Shown one piece after another: positions 26,701 through 39,459 of a DNA stretch of 64,000 bases. Source of the DNA: Mustelus asterias. Its lineage: Eukaryota. Each line of letters starts with the position of its first letter. The first letter of the stretch is position 1. The notes beneath the pieces are model-generated. The model made no database searches. It had not been told where the DNA came from and saw nothing but the letters and a program-made list of their open reading frames with translations. Location of the stretch: contig NW_027590140.1 of assembly GCF_964213995.1 (NCBI RefSeq), positions 496,001-560,000 of the forward strand, written 5' to 3'. A program made the position numbers and the translations under genes.

Positions 26701-27176
26701 GTGAGCTGAGAGATTGAAGCAATAAATTCGTTACTGTGTCTATTTCCAGTGTAAGTATAATGGTCAATACTTAGTATTCAGTGCATTACCACTCCTCTGA
26801 GTGGTAACTCTGCTAACTAAACGCTCTGGGCCTGTAGATATTTTTGCGTGGGACGTTGATGAATGAAAAGTGATCTGAAGAGAATGGTATTGGTTTATGA
26901 TCGAATAAGTAGGGAGTCGCCTGGTGTGGTGCACAAAACCCAACGCAGAACAGTTGGGCCGAATAGCCTGTTTCTGTGTTGTAAGCTTTCTGAAACTTTC
27001 CATTCTAGCCCCGTGTTATTTGAGAAAGCGATTGTGTTCCCCTTTCCTCCAAGCTGGAAGTCAAAAATGGAAACATTTAAATTCGAAAGCGAAGCACAAT
27101 TTTCTGATATCTAACCAGTGGTTTCATTGTCTGGAGAATTCTCCAGTTTATTGACATTTATTGCAATTTTCTGCAG

Positions 27177-27568
27177 ATCCAAATCCGCGGGAACCGTCCG
27201 TCTCTGTCCTCCTGCCCTCGGCAGAACACATATCCGCTCAGAAATTCGTCTCCCTCAGCTGCTTAGTGAGAGGTTTCTCCCCCCGAGAAGTCTTCGTCAA
27301 GTGGACCGTCAATGACAAGCCCGTGAATCCCAGGAACTACAGGAACACTGAGGTGGTGGCGGAGAACGGGAATGGCTCCTTCTTCATGTACAGCCTGTTA
27401 TCCATTGCAGCGGAGGAGTGGGCCAGCGGCACTTCTTACTCCTGCGTGGTGGGACATGAAGCCATCCCCTTGAAGATCATCAACAAAACAGTTGACAAAT
27501 CCAGCGGTAAACCCAGTTTTGTGAACATTTCTCCTGTACTGGTGGACCCCGTTAGTTCATGTCAATGA
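27177..27568 (+). CDS. IGHM: IgM constant exon CH4 plus secretory tailpiece (internal donor to TM after 27506)
   Basis: [39 protein letters not shown]|[20 protein letters not shown]. Confidence 0.96.
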
Positions 27569-27604
27569 GAATTTATTGGTTATATTTCGAGCTGCAAGAA
27601 AAAT

Positions 27605-27610
27605 AATAAA
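27605..27610 (+). terminator. Secretory polyadenylation signal
   Basis: AATAAA 37 bp after the tailpiece stop. Confidence 0.75.
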
Positions 27611-27725
27611 GCTTTTTTCATCTGCTTATGAGTTAAACATCCAACCTGCTAATTCATTTTGATTCCTCTGTTTGCTATGGGCATAAATGCTCCTCCGGCA
27701 GCAGATACTTACCAGTGTCTTGCCT

Positions 27726-28020
27726 CCCTGTGGCACAGTGGTTAGCATTACTACTTCACAACACCAAGGACCTAGGTTGGATTCCTGGCTTGGGTGACTA
27801 TCTGTGTGGAGTTTACACATTCTCCCCGTGTCTTCGTGGGTTTCCTCTGACTGTTTCGGTTTCCTCCCATAGTTTGAAAGACGTGCTTTTTAGATGCATT
27901 GGCCACGCTAGGTTCTTCCCCAGTGTACCCGAACAGGCAACGGTATGTAGCGACTAGGGAATTTACACAGTAAATTTATCACAGTGTTACCGTAAGCCTA
28001 CTGTGACACTAATAAAAAAA
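27726..28020 (+). mobile_element. tRNA-derived SINE
   Basis: Homologous to the copy at 6159. Confidence 0.75.
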
Positions 28021-30173
28021 GCCATGAAAAATAAACCTCAATCTTAGAGATCCAGCGCTCCAAATTGAGATAGAGTACAGAATTAAGGTGGATTGGCGCT
28101 AATTAATTCAGTGATTACCCTGAGTAAGTTCAGCAAATTTCATCCAGTTACTGGTTGATGCGAAAACGTTCTAATTCCGAGCAACAAATGATTCACTTTT
28201 AAATATAGACGACTCGTCAATCCCATCAAAGTTTTGATCATTTCTTCGTTGCAGAATCGCACCCAGTGGGGACTGGAGTCAGAGCGACACAAGAATAACA
28301 ACGGAAACTCTCATCCCCAGTCGCAGATAGGGCACTCGGCTGTTCAATCAATCCTCCATCAACTCGCCTGATAGAGAGGCGAGAAAATTGAGTTTTTAAC
28401 TCACTGTCCCCACTCACCTACCCGACAGAGGGGGAAAAGAGCAATTGCTAACCCATTAAACTCACTGTGCCAACAGAGAGAAGGGAAAAGGCGATGGTTA
28501 ACCCATTATACTCCGCCTCGCCAAGGAGACAGAGTGGAAAGGCACCGCTCCCTATTTCTAAGGACTCAGTTTATATTGGTTCAAAGTCTCTCATGGTATG
28601 ATGTATTAGTTACTAACAGCCCAAAACTTCACTGGTGTTTGAATTCTTCTGGCTTTTCCCCGTTCTATCCCTGATGTTCTGAGGACTGCTGATTGAAATG
28701 CTTCTTTCATTCAGCTTGTTGTCACATTGCAGCTCACATTACACCACATGAATTCCCAGAAAGAGGCGAATATTCCATTAATATCGTCTGACAGGGACAG
28801 TTCCGGTTCGGTTTATTTAGTAAAACTTGGAGCAATAATAATGATGTTCACGTACTGTCAGACACACAGAAACAGAGATAAACACGCACATATACATCTC
28901 CACAAACACAGCACAGACCAGAAGAAAATACAAACATAAACATTAATAACCCATGCCCCCTCGCAAATTAAAACTAAAGCATTCCAATTAAGACTATCAT
29001 AAACATTGACACGGGTGACCACTCATACACATGCATTAACAAACTCTAACATCCTTCCATAAACACAGGTCAAAGGATTCTCTGACCCATCACATAAACA
29101 CACCAATAAATATTCACTCCCTCACAGTGAAAAGGGGTACACACAGAAGCAGGCACATTAACACACACATTAATTCATAGAGATGGATAAACACGAAAAT
29201 ACACACATTCATGATGGTCAATATATCCACATGATAGCCTTAATTTCCATATAAACATACTTTAACTTTTATATGTGTTAGAACAGAAATTGAATATCGC
29301 TGAAAAAAGAAATATGTTTAAGCTTTTCATCTTGCATTCCCCAGGCTCTTCACAGGAATAACAACTATCAGGGGAACAGCAATTTATAATTCTTAGGGAG
29401 AGAGTGGCGAATGCAATGCATCTAACTGTGCGAGAAGCTGCATGCATTAAAGCACAGCACCCTATTCTTTGCAGAGATAAATAACACGTACAGACATTGT
29501 GTTTGTATCATCTGAACAAAATAGGAGACAGCCAAGATCTGATTCCTTTCTCAGGGCAATAACTTTACCAATTACTGTGAATGTGTCTGCTCTGAACTTA
29601 AACAAAGCTTGGCAGTTAACTGTCAGTCAACGTTTAACTGGTACATTCATCATGGAATGTCTCCACTAATCACAGTCCACTTGTCAACCAACATGTACTG
29701 TTTTCTCGTGAAGTATCAATTATTGCTCCATTTGCGTTTGATGTTTGTGCCATTGTCCTCTGACTACAAGACAAAAAACTTCAACATATCTCTTTCAAAT
29801 ATATTTATATCGACACCACGGTAACGTAACACATTCTCACACACAGGGGCACACAAACAAAGATTAAAACAGATCAGTACATCCCCATGTGCACATATAC
29901 AGAGGCTAAAGCACAAACAAAAATGGAAGGCTTTCAGGAAAATTAAAATTCAGTTGTTTTTACTAAGGGGTCCGTGCTGCTGTATCAAAGCCTAAAACCA
30001 TGTTCTCCTTTCGAAACTGACGTGAATAAATTAACTGCCAAATCCAAACAAACAAAGAGTATAATTCTTTCCATCTGTTATCGATCATCATTTACAGTAC
30101 CTCAATGAATAACTGTCTGAAGTTATCTCTAAAATCATCCAGGACGATTCGAAGAGCAAAATAAATAGTATCA

Positions 30174-30497
30174 GGGCAGCTTGGTGGCTCAATCGTTAGC
30201 ATTGCTGCCTCACAGCTCCAGGGACCCAAGTTGAATTCGATTCTTGGGTGACTGCCTGTGCGGAGTTTGCGCGCCTGCATGGGTTTCCTCCAGGAGCTCC
30301 CGTTTAATCCCACAGTCCAAAAATGTACAGGTTAATTAGATTGGCCATGCCAAATTGCCCATTGGCGTCCCAAGATGTGTAGGGTATGTGGATTAGCCAT
30401 GGGACTATTGTGCAGTTTTGGAGATAGGGTCCAATGTCGGTGAAGACTCGATGGACCGAATGGCCTCTTCAGCACTGTAGTAATTCCATAATTCTAC
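30174..30497 (+). mobile_element. HE1/V-SINE (diverged)
   Basis: Homologous to the copy at 6591. Confidence 0.7.
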
Positions 30498-30499
30498 GA

Positions 30500-31620
30500 C
30501 TTGACCAGATGTCCAATGTGCGTTACTTCAATATTCAAATAGCTGATGTCTGATATTGCCTCTTACTCCAGTTCCCACTTACTTCTCATATCCTTTATTA
30601 CCCGATAAACCAAAACTATATCTGCCCCAGCCTTAAAAATATTCAATGATGGGGCATCCACAGTCCTCTCGGGCAGGCCACTCAGAAGAGTCATATCCCT
30701 AAGTGAAGGAATGTCTCCTCATCTCAGCCCTAAACGAGAGCACACCTATTCAAACGCCCGTTATTTTAAATTCCCCATCCAGAGGTAACAGCAGCTCAGT
30801 GTCCAACTTGTGAAACCCATTCGGATTATTTTGTCTCAATGTTATCGCCTCTCATTCTTCTAAACTAAAGAGAATGTAGACCCAAGTTGCTCAGTCCGCG
30901 TCAGTTATCTTCAGTCGTTTGATCTTCATAATATTAGTTACTGATAGTTGGTACAAAATTAAACAAGACTAAACGATCGCCTAAGATTAAATAATAAAAT
31001 ATATGTTCAAATACATATGTTCAAATCCAGTATGAGGAACATATTGGAAGGACGGGTGCGGAATTTGTAACACAGAAACTAGAAACGGGAGTACGCCTTC
31101 GAGCTGCTCCGCCATTCATTTTGAAAATGGCTGATCAACCAATTCAATATCCTGATTCTCGCCCCACCCCATATACCTTGGTCCATTTAGCCCTAAGGGC
31201 TTGAATTCATACATTGTTTTGTCCTCAACTATTTTCTGTGGTAGTGAATTCCATACATTCACCATCTTCTGGGTGAAGAAATTTCTCCTCACCTCAGTTC
31301 AAAAAGGTTTACCTCTTATCCTCAAGCCATGACAGCTGGTTCTGGACTTATCCACCATCCTTTCTGAATCTACCCTGTCTAACTCTGTTAGAATTTGATA
31401 AGTTGCTATGAGATCCCCTCTCATTCTTCTAAACTCCGGTGAATATAATCTTAACCGACTTAATTTCTCCTCATATGACAGAACTGCATCCCAGCAATCA
31501 GCCTTGTAAAATTTCGCTTTACTCTCTCTCTAGCAAGGACATTGTTCGTCAGATAAGAACACCAAAGCTGCACACAATACTCCAGGTGCGGACCCACCAA
31601 CGTCCTATATAATTGTAGAT
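30500..31620 (-). mobile_element. Two degraded CR1 3' fragments (~30500-30900, ~31070-31620)
   Basis: CR1 3' motifs such as gaagaaatttctcctc and atcccctctcattcttctaaactcc. Confidence 0.65.
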
Positions 31621-31808
31621 TATATTACTGAGAGAGATTAATTTAATAATATATGCATTGACAATTTTATTAAGCGGTTAAGTTAATAACACATAGGCTT
31701 TGAAAAGTATATCAGAGAACAAAATAATACCTTAAGAAGGGAAAATGAATAACCAAAATAATATCCATGACGAGAAAAAAAATCTGAAAGTATTCCCTCT
31801 CCCCGTAG

Positions 31809-31933
31809 ATTCCGCAGAATCCACCTGGATTGAAGACCAGGATGATAACAGCAATATCTGGACAACTGCTTCGACATTCATAGTCCTGTTCTTCCTGAGC
31901 ATGTCCTACAGCGCTGCCGTCACTCTGGTGAAG
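31809..31933 (+). CDS. IGHM: IgM transmembrane exon TM1
   Basis: Acceptor ccccgtag; DSAESTWIEDQDDNSNIWTTASTFIVLFFLSMSYSAAVTLVK with the CART-type motif; in phase with the CH4 internal donor. Confidence 0.93.
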
Positions 31934-32075
31934 GTGAGATGATTCAATCCACCCACATCTGAATCAGATAGGAGAGGTTTGAAAAATATCCAGAAGTCTC
32001 AATTTAGAAGAGCCTTTAGATACATGTCTCAAACACATAAAATGGTTGTTGAATTATTTTATTTCTCTTTTGCAG

Positions 32076-32087
32076 GCGGGTGATTGA
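32076..32087 (+). CDS. IGHM: Putative TM2 exon (AGD-stop); AATAAA at 32144-32149
   Basis: Strong acceptor atttctcttttgcag 142 bp after the TM1 donor, with a polyA signal downstream. Confidence 0.6.
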   Translation, partial: AGD

Positions 32088-32799
32088 ATTTAGGAAATCT
32101 TGTGGTTTTCGCCCATCTGTCCGCTCACAGTGTGGTGCTGTGGAATAAAAATACGTTATCATTGTGATCCTCAAAGTTAATGTGCCTTCAGTGAACAGAT
32201 TCGAATCCATAACTGAGATAGAATATAAGCTGGATTTCGTTTTTGTTTCTGTTTAAAATGAATGAGATAATCGTTTCGACAATATAATTGTATTTTGGAG
32301 TTTCACCATTGTTCAAATTAATGTGTAAGTTAGTGGTTATTTCTTATTGAGAATTATTCACCGCCTTTTATGTGGAGGCCCTGATTTCTTGATTTGATTT
32401 GATTTATTGTTGTCACAAGTATTAGCATACAGTGCAAAGTGTTGTTTCTTTCTTTAGTTAATTACAGTTATAGACAATTGTCAGTTTAGGCGACAATGTT
32501 ATGTTCTCACTGTGACGCTCAGTTTGTGTATTCACCTGGGGTCAACTTTAAACTGTATCTTATTGTAAAATGTTCTCTGTGAAATTTTAAATAAATCTTG
32601 AATGACAAATTAAATGACTTAGAAGTTGCTACATGCTGAGCTCCACGGCATAACCTTATCACTCGATTTTCCAATCCGAACGCTCCCTCACTCACGACGC
32701 CCCTTTCAACCGATAGGGCTTTGTAATCAATCCTGTTTGGATTTTGATCAACCCGACGACACTTCATTGAAGGTGCCGCTGCGCTATCCAGTGTCCCAA

Positions 32800-33560
32800 A
32801 AAACAAAGAACAAAGAAAATTACAGCACAGGAACAGGCCCTTCGGCCATCCAAGCCTGCACCGACCATGCTGCCCGAATGAACTAAAACCCCCTACCCTT
32901 CCGGGGACTATATCCCTCTATTCCCATCCTATTCATGTATTTGATGAGCCCCTAAAAAGTCACGATCGTATCTGCTTCCACTACCTCCCGGTAGCAAGTT
33001 CCAGGCACCCACAACCCTCTGTGTAAAAAACTTGCCTCGTACATCTCCTTTACACTTTGCCCCTCGCGCTTTAAACCGATGCCCGCTACTAATTGACTCT
33101 TCCACCCTGGGAGAAAGCTTCTGACTATCCACTCTGTCCATGCTCCTCATAATCTTGTCGACTTCTACCAGTTCGCTCCTCAACATCCGTCGTTCTAGTG
33201 AGATTAAACCAAGTTTTTCCAACTTGTCCTCATAGCTAATGCCCTTCATATCAGGCAACTTCCTGGTAAATCTTTTCTGCACCCTCTTCAAAGCCCCCAT
33301 ATCCTTCTGGCATCGTGGCGACCAGAATTGAATACTATATTCCAAGTGCGGCCTAACTAAGGTCCTATAAAGCTGCAATATGACTTGCCAATTTTTAAAC
33401 TCAATGGCCCGGACAATGAAGACAATCATGCTTTATGCCTTCTTGACTACATTCTCCACCTGCGTTGCCACTTTCAGTGACCTGTGTACCTGTGCACCCA
33501 GAACCCTCTGCCTATCAATATTCTTAAGGGTTCTGCCATTTACTGTATAAATCCCATTTG
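32800..33560 (-). mobile_element. CR1 LINE 3' fragment
   Basis: ORF 32929-33429 LYRTLVRPHLEY..FFTQRVVGAWN; aacaaag tail. Confidence 0.85.
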
Positions 33561-33739
33561 TGTAAAGACACCTCTACATCTGCCTTTTCATATTAAGTGG
33601 CAGAAGCAATTGACGAAACAGTCAGCGGGAACATGTTGCTGACTTTATTCAATTATTAATCCGTTACGTTCACATATGGGTTTCCATTACAGAGCAGGAC
33701 TGTGCTGCCTCATTGCCTGACACAATGGAGTATAATGAA

Positions 33740-34032
33740 GCATCTGGTCTTCAGGCTCTGGAAGCAGATGATCACAGAACAGTCGATAGTGAAAGCTACC
33801 GTCAGCCAAACTGACCCATCCTGTGTTGCAAAGACCAGTATGATGCCCACTGCACTCGTCAGAGTGGTGGACAGAACATTGTTAGAAAAGTAGATGCGGC
33901 CGACATGGTTGAGGGTGACGGCAATGATGATGATCGGGAAATTGCTCATCGCTATCGGCTCCAGGTAGTAGGTGATGCACCGGGAGATTCCGTAACGTCC
34001 ACGGGATACGATTATAATCACCAACATGTTGG
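33740..34032 (-). pseudogene. GPR139/142-like class A GPCR fragment (TM1-TM3)
   Basis: ANMLVIIIVSRGRYGISRCITYYL..DGSVWLTVAFTIDCSVIICFQSLKTRC matches the elasmobranch-expanded GPR139-like family from recall; DRF-type motif degraded, truncated after TM3. Confidence 0.7.
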
Positions 34033-34648
34033 CTGTGAGCGATAAAAACATGGAGAGATATCACCGCGCAAACTCCAAACACCAGCTACTGCCCCATCTA
34101 ATCTGAATACTTGCTGACAATTCCCTTTGCCAGCTCCAGGTTACAAATCTTCCAAAGCTATTGGTGTTTGTTCTATACCCACTGGTGGGTGAAACGTGTC
34201 AATATAGTCACCATTCCAATCAGTCCCCGTCACACACAATGCTCTCTGGTTCCTGAATCAATCCAAGGGGCTCACTGTGCAGCGGAAGATTATCCGAAAC
34301 ATTTGGTCCCACTGCCTTTATGCAAGCCCATATCAAGCCCCTACTCGCTGATGTGCATTGGCTCCCAGTCTGGCAACGTCTGCGTTTTAATATCCTGATC
34401 CTTTGAATTGTCAATCACCTTCACTGTCTCACCCCTTCCCTCGCTGTTACTTCCTATAACTACCTGAGATCTCAGCGTATCCACAATCCTGCTCTACTGA
34501 GCATCTTTGATATTAATGTCTAGCGATTATGTCTCGCTATTGAGTATTTCATCTCTGAAATGCTCTCCCTCAAAACCTCTGAATTTTCTTCTTGCTTTTG
34601 GATGTTTAGTACATGGAAACATAGAAACTAGAAGCAGGAATAGGACAG

Positions 34649-34983
34649 GGACAATTGCTAAAGATTCAGTGTTTGAAGATCGATCAGAATTCAGGTTTCT
34701 GGAAGGACAGAACATAACATTGGACTTTAAATACTCGACTGCTGCTCTTCAAACTCTGTACAGGTACATCCAGTATCCCCGGCAAGCTCTGAGATTTTTG
34801 ATGAAGACATGTAGCTTGGCAATACCGATATGACTCCACATTTCCCAGATAGATTGTCGGCTAATTTACACAAAGGGAACAACACTTTTCCTTTAAATGT
34901 CACTCGAGCTCTTCTTTCTGACACCGTGGTGTATTTCTGTGTCATGGAGCCCACAGAGATTTAGCGAACCGCGCACAGAGACC
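34649..34983 (+). pseudogene. TCR alpha/delta-type V pseudogene (no leader found)
   Basis: GTIAKDSVF..GQNITLDF(C lost)KYST..LYR(W lost)YIQYP, frameshift, FPDRLSANL..SDTVVYFCVMEP; RSS CACAGAG-16-ACAGAGACC. Confidence 0.85.
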
Positions 34984-35008
34984 CCAGACTGGGAGTTCCA
35001 GTTAATGA

Positions 35009-35022
35009 TCAGCAGAGGGCGC
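35009..35022 (+). promoter_or_regulatory. CTCF-type motif downstream of V RSS
   Basis: TCAGCAGAGGGCGC, preceded by a GAGTTCC upstream-like motif. Confidence 0.55.
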
Positions 35023-35189
35023 GCTCACACTGATAAACAGAAACAACAATTCAGTCTCAACAACGAGTGTCACCGAATCATAAAAAAATCAAAACAAAAC
35101 ACAACACTCAAGAACAGCTGAGCCGCAGTTGGTTTTTAACTTGCAACTATATTAAAAATGCATTGATGCTTAGTTAACAACCCAGCTTT

Positions 35190-38100
35190 AGTCTTTGCTG
35201 AGAGGTTCCAATTCATGAGGTATTGGCATCAGTATTGGAACAGGAGGGATCTGTACCGTTGGGACTGTCTTCACCTGAACTGATCTGGGACAAGTTTTCT
35301 AGCGAAATGGATAAATTCGGTGGTCACAAGGACTTCAAACTAACAACTTAGGGGGGAAGGGAGGAGTAAAACTACGGGAAATATAACGGCTAACAGAAAG
35401 AAAGCAGCAGGTTAGCATGTGGAGAGAAGGTTCCAACTACATCGGAAATCAAGGGAAAAAAGTTAATAGAGAGGAGACATGATTGCTGGATGGACATGAC
35501 TGAGAATTGAATATCCAGGGGTATCAGGCTGCTTGGAGGGACAGACAGGAAATTAACAGAGGTAGTGTGGCTCTGATATTTAAGGATGACATCAGAGCGG
35601 TAATGAGAGATGATATAGGTTCCATGGAAAAAAGGTTGAATCCATTTGGGTGGAAATTAGAAATAGAAAGGAGAAAAAGGTCACGGATAGGCGTACTCTA
35701 TAGGCCATCAAATTATAACATCACGGTGGGGCGAGAAATAAACAACATATAAACAGCATATAAAACTGGTACAGCAATTATCATGAGGGATTTTAATCTA
35801 CATGTCAATTGGTCAGACCATGAAATGAGGAAATGGCTGAGGATTTGAACAGGTGTTTAGTGTCGGTCTTCACAGTGGTAGACACAAAAAACATGTCAAA
35901 AATTGATGACAAGAAGGCTATGGCAGGTGAGGACATAGAAACTAACATTATCACGAAAGAGATAGTGTTGGTCAAGCTAATGGGGGCGAAAGGTAGACAA
36001 GTTTCTTTAAATACATTAAAAACAAACGGGAGGCAAAAGTAGACATTGGGCCGCTCCAAAATGACGCTGGTAATCTAGTGATGGGAGACAAGGAAATAGC
36101 TGAGGAACTTAATAAGTACTTTGCGTCAGTCTTCACAGTAGAAGACATGAGTAATATCCCAACAATTCAGGAAAGTCAGGGGGCAGAGTTGAAGATGGTT
36201 GCCATCACAAAGGAGAAAGTGCTAGAGAAACTAAAAGGTCTGAAAATTGATAAATCTCCGGGCCCAGATGGGCTACATCCTAGAGTTCTAAAGGAGATAG
36301 CTGAAGAAATAGTGGAGGCGTTAGTTATGATCTTTCAAAAGTCACTGGAGTCAGGGAAAGTCCCAGAGGATTGGAAAATCGCTGTTGTAACCCCACTGTT
36401 CAAGAAGGGAACAAGAAAAAAGATGGAAAATTATAGGCCAATTAGCCTAACCTCAGTTGTTGGCAAAATTCTAGAATCCATCGTTAAGGATGAGATTTCT
36501 AAATTCTTGGAAGTGCAGGGTCGGATTAAGACAAGTCAGCATGGATTTAGTAAGGGGAGGTCGTGCCTGACAAACCTGTTAGAGTTCTTTGAAGAGATGA
36601 CAAATAGGTTAGACCAAGGAGAGCCAATGGATGTTATCTATCTTGACTTCCAAAAGGCCTTTGACAAGGTGCCTCACGGGAGACTGCTGAGTAAAATAAG
36701 GGCCCATGGTATTCGAGGCAAGGTACTAACATGGATTGACGATTGGCTGTCAGACAGAAGGCAGAGAGTTGGGATAAAAGGTTCTTTCTCAGAATGGCAA
36801 CCGGTGACAAGTGGTGTCCCGCAGGGTTCAGTGTTGGGGCCACAGCTGTTCTCTTTATATATTAACGATCTAGATGACGGGACTGGGAGCATTCTGGCCA
36901 AGTTTGCCGATGATACAAAGATAGGTGGAGGGGCAGGTAGTATTGAGGAGGTGGGGAGGCTGCAGAAAGATTTAGACAGTTTAGGAGAGTGGTCCAAGAA
37001 GTGGCTGATGAAATTCAACGTGGGTAAGTGCGAGGTCGTACACTTTGGAAAAAAGAATAGAGGCATGGACTATTTTCTAAACGGTGACAAAATTCATAAT
37101 GCTAAAGTGCAAAGGGACTTGGGAGTCCTAGTCCAGGATTCTCTAAAGGTAAACTTGCAGGTTGAGTCCGTAATTAAGAAAGCAAATGTAATGTTGTCAT
37201 TTATCTCAAGAGGCTTGGAATACAAAAGCAGGGATGTACTTCTGAGGCTTTATAAAGCACTGGTTAGGCCCCATTTGGAGTACTGTGAGCAATTTTGGGC
37301 CCCACACCTCAGGAAGGACATACTGGCACTGGAGCGGGTCCAGCGGAGATTCACACGGATGATCCCAGGAATGGTAGGCCTGACATACGATGAACGTCTG
37401 AGGATCGTGGGATTATATTCATTGGAGTTTAGGAGGTTGAGGGGAGATCTGATAGAAACTTACAAGATAATGAACGGCTTAGATAGGATGGACGTAGGGA
37501 AGTTGTTTCCATTAACAGGGGAGACTAGGACGCGGGGGCACAGCCTTAGAATAAAAGGGAGTCACTTTAGAACAGAGATGAGGAGAAATTTCTTCAGCCA
37601 GAGAGTGGTGGGTCTGTGGAATTCATTGCCACAGAGGGCTGTGGAGGCCGAGACGTTGAGCGTCTTCAAGACAGAAATTGATAAATTCTTGATTTCTCGA
37701 GGAATTAAGGGCTATGGGGAGAGAGCGGGTAAATGGAGTTGAAATCAACCATGATTGAATGGTGGAGTGGACTCGATGGGCCGAATGGCCTTACTTCCGC
37801 TCCTATGTCTTATGGTCTTATGGTCTTAAGTCTCCTGGCCCTGATGGAATGCAGCCCAGGGGACTAAAGGAGATGGTGGGAGGAATAGCAAATGCACTAG
37901 TGGTAATTTACCAAAATTCGGTGGATTCTGGGGTGGTTTCCGCAGATTGGAAAAGAGCAATTGTGATGCCAGTGTCTAAAAGAGGAGGTAGACAAAAGGC
38001 AGGTAACAGTAGGCCGGTTAGCTTAACTTCTGTAGTCGGGAAAATGCTTGAATCTATCATCAAGGAAGAATTAGCGAGATATCTGGATAGAAATTGTCCC

Positions 38101-38240
38101 ATTGGTAAGTTGCAGCATGGGTTCATGAAGGGCAGGTCATGTTTGACTAATTTGGTAGAATTATTTGAGAACATTACGTGCACAGTGGACAACGGGGAAC
38201 CTGTGGATGTGGTGTATCTGGATTTCCAGAAGGCATTTGC
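35190..38240 (+). mobile_element. Old internally deleted CR1, interrupted by a young CR1
   Basis: Fragmentary EN/RT ORFs at 35507-36000 and 37832-38240. Confidence 0.8.
36003..37827 (+). mobile_element. Young CR1 LINE insertion with intact RT C-terminal ORF
   Basis: 554-aa open ORF 36078-37742, tatggtct tail, AAGT duplication (35999-36002 and 37828-37831) supported by the empty site in the duplicate copy. Confidence 0.95.
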
Positions 38241-39459
38241 TATTGAGTATTTCATCTCTGAAATGCTCTCCCTCAAAACCTCTGAATTTTCTTCTTGCTT
38301 TTGGATGTTTAGTACATGGAAACATAGAAACTAGAAGCAGGACTAGGACAGGGACAATTGCTAAAGATTCAGTGTTTGAAGATCGATCAGAATTCAGGTT
38401 TCTGGAAGGACAGAACATAACATTGGACTTTAAATACTCGACTGCTGCTCTTCAAACTCTGTACAGGGACATCCAGCTACATCGGAAATCAGGGGAAAAA
38501 AGTTAATAGAGAGGAGACATGATTGCTGGATGGACATGACTGAGAATTGAATATCCAGGGGTATCAGGCTGCTTGGAGGGGCAGACAGGAAGTTAACAGA
38601 GGTAGTGTGGCTCTGATATTTAAGGATGACATCAGGGCGGTAATGAGAGATGATATAGGTTCCATGGAAAAAAGGTTGAATCCATTTGGGTGGAAATTAG
38701 AAATAGAAAGGAGAAAAAGGTCACTGATAGGCGCACTCTATAGGCCATCAAATTATAACATCACGGTGGGGCGAGAAATAAACAACATATAAACAGCATA
38801 TAAAACTGGTACAGCAATTATCATGAGGGATTTTAATCTACATGTCAATTGGTCAGACCGGGAAATGAGGAAATGAGGAAATGGCTGAGGATTTGAACAG
38901 GTGTTTTGTGTCGGTCTTCACAGTGGAAGACACAAAAAGCATGTCAAAAATTGATGACATGAAGGCTATGGCAGGTGAGGACATAGAAACTAACATTATC
39001 ACGAAAGAGATACTGTTTGTCAAGCTAATGGGGGCTAAAGGTAGACAAGTCTCCTGGCCCTGATGGAATGCAGCCCAGGGGACTAAAGGAGATGGTGGGA
39101 GGAATAGCAAATGCACTGGTGGTAATTAACCAAAATTCGGTGGATTCTGGGGTGGTTTCCGCAGGTTGGAAAAGAGCAAATGTGATGCCACTGCTTAAAG
39201 GAGGAGGTAAACAAAAGGCAGGTAACAATAGGCCGGTTAGCTTAACTTCTGTAGTAGGGAAAATGCTTGAATCTATCATCAAGGAAGAAATAGCGAGACA
39301 TCTGGATAGAAATTGTCCCATTGGTAAGTTGCAGCATGGGTTCATGAAGGGCAGGTCATGTTTGACTAATTTGGTAGAATTCTTTGACAACATTACGTGC
39401 AAAGTGGACAACGGGGAACCTGTGGATGTGCTGTATCTGGATTTCCAGAAGGCATTTGC
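38241..39459 (+). repeat. Tandem duplicate of 34539-38240 lacking the young CR1 and ~34774-35436; contains the 5' half of the TCR V pseudogene
   Basis: Near-identical sequence and translations (GTIAKDSVFEDRSEF..., MNIQGYQAAW..., MQPRGLKEMV...). Confidence 0.9.

Noticed and set aside
28380-28545. ~52-bp triple repeat with a CACTGTG in the Sec-TM intron
   Set aside because: Short degenerate repeat with no nonamer or coding potential
32508-32514. CACTGTG as a J-type RSS after TM2
   Set aside because: No nonamer at 12 or 23 bp and no F/W-G-x-G motif
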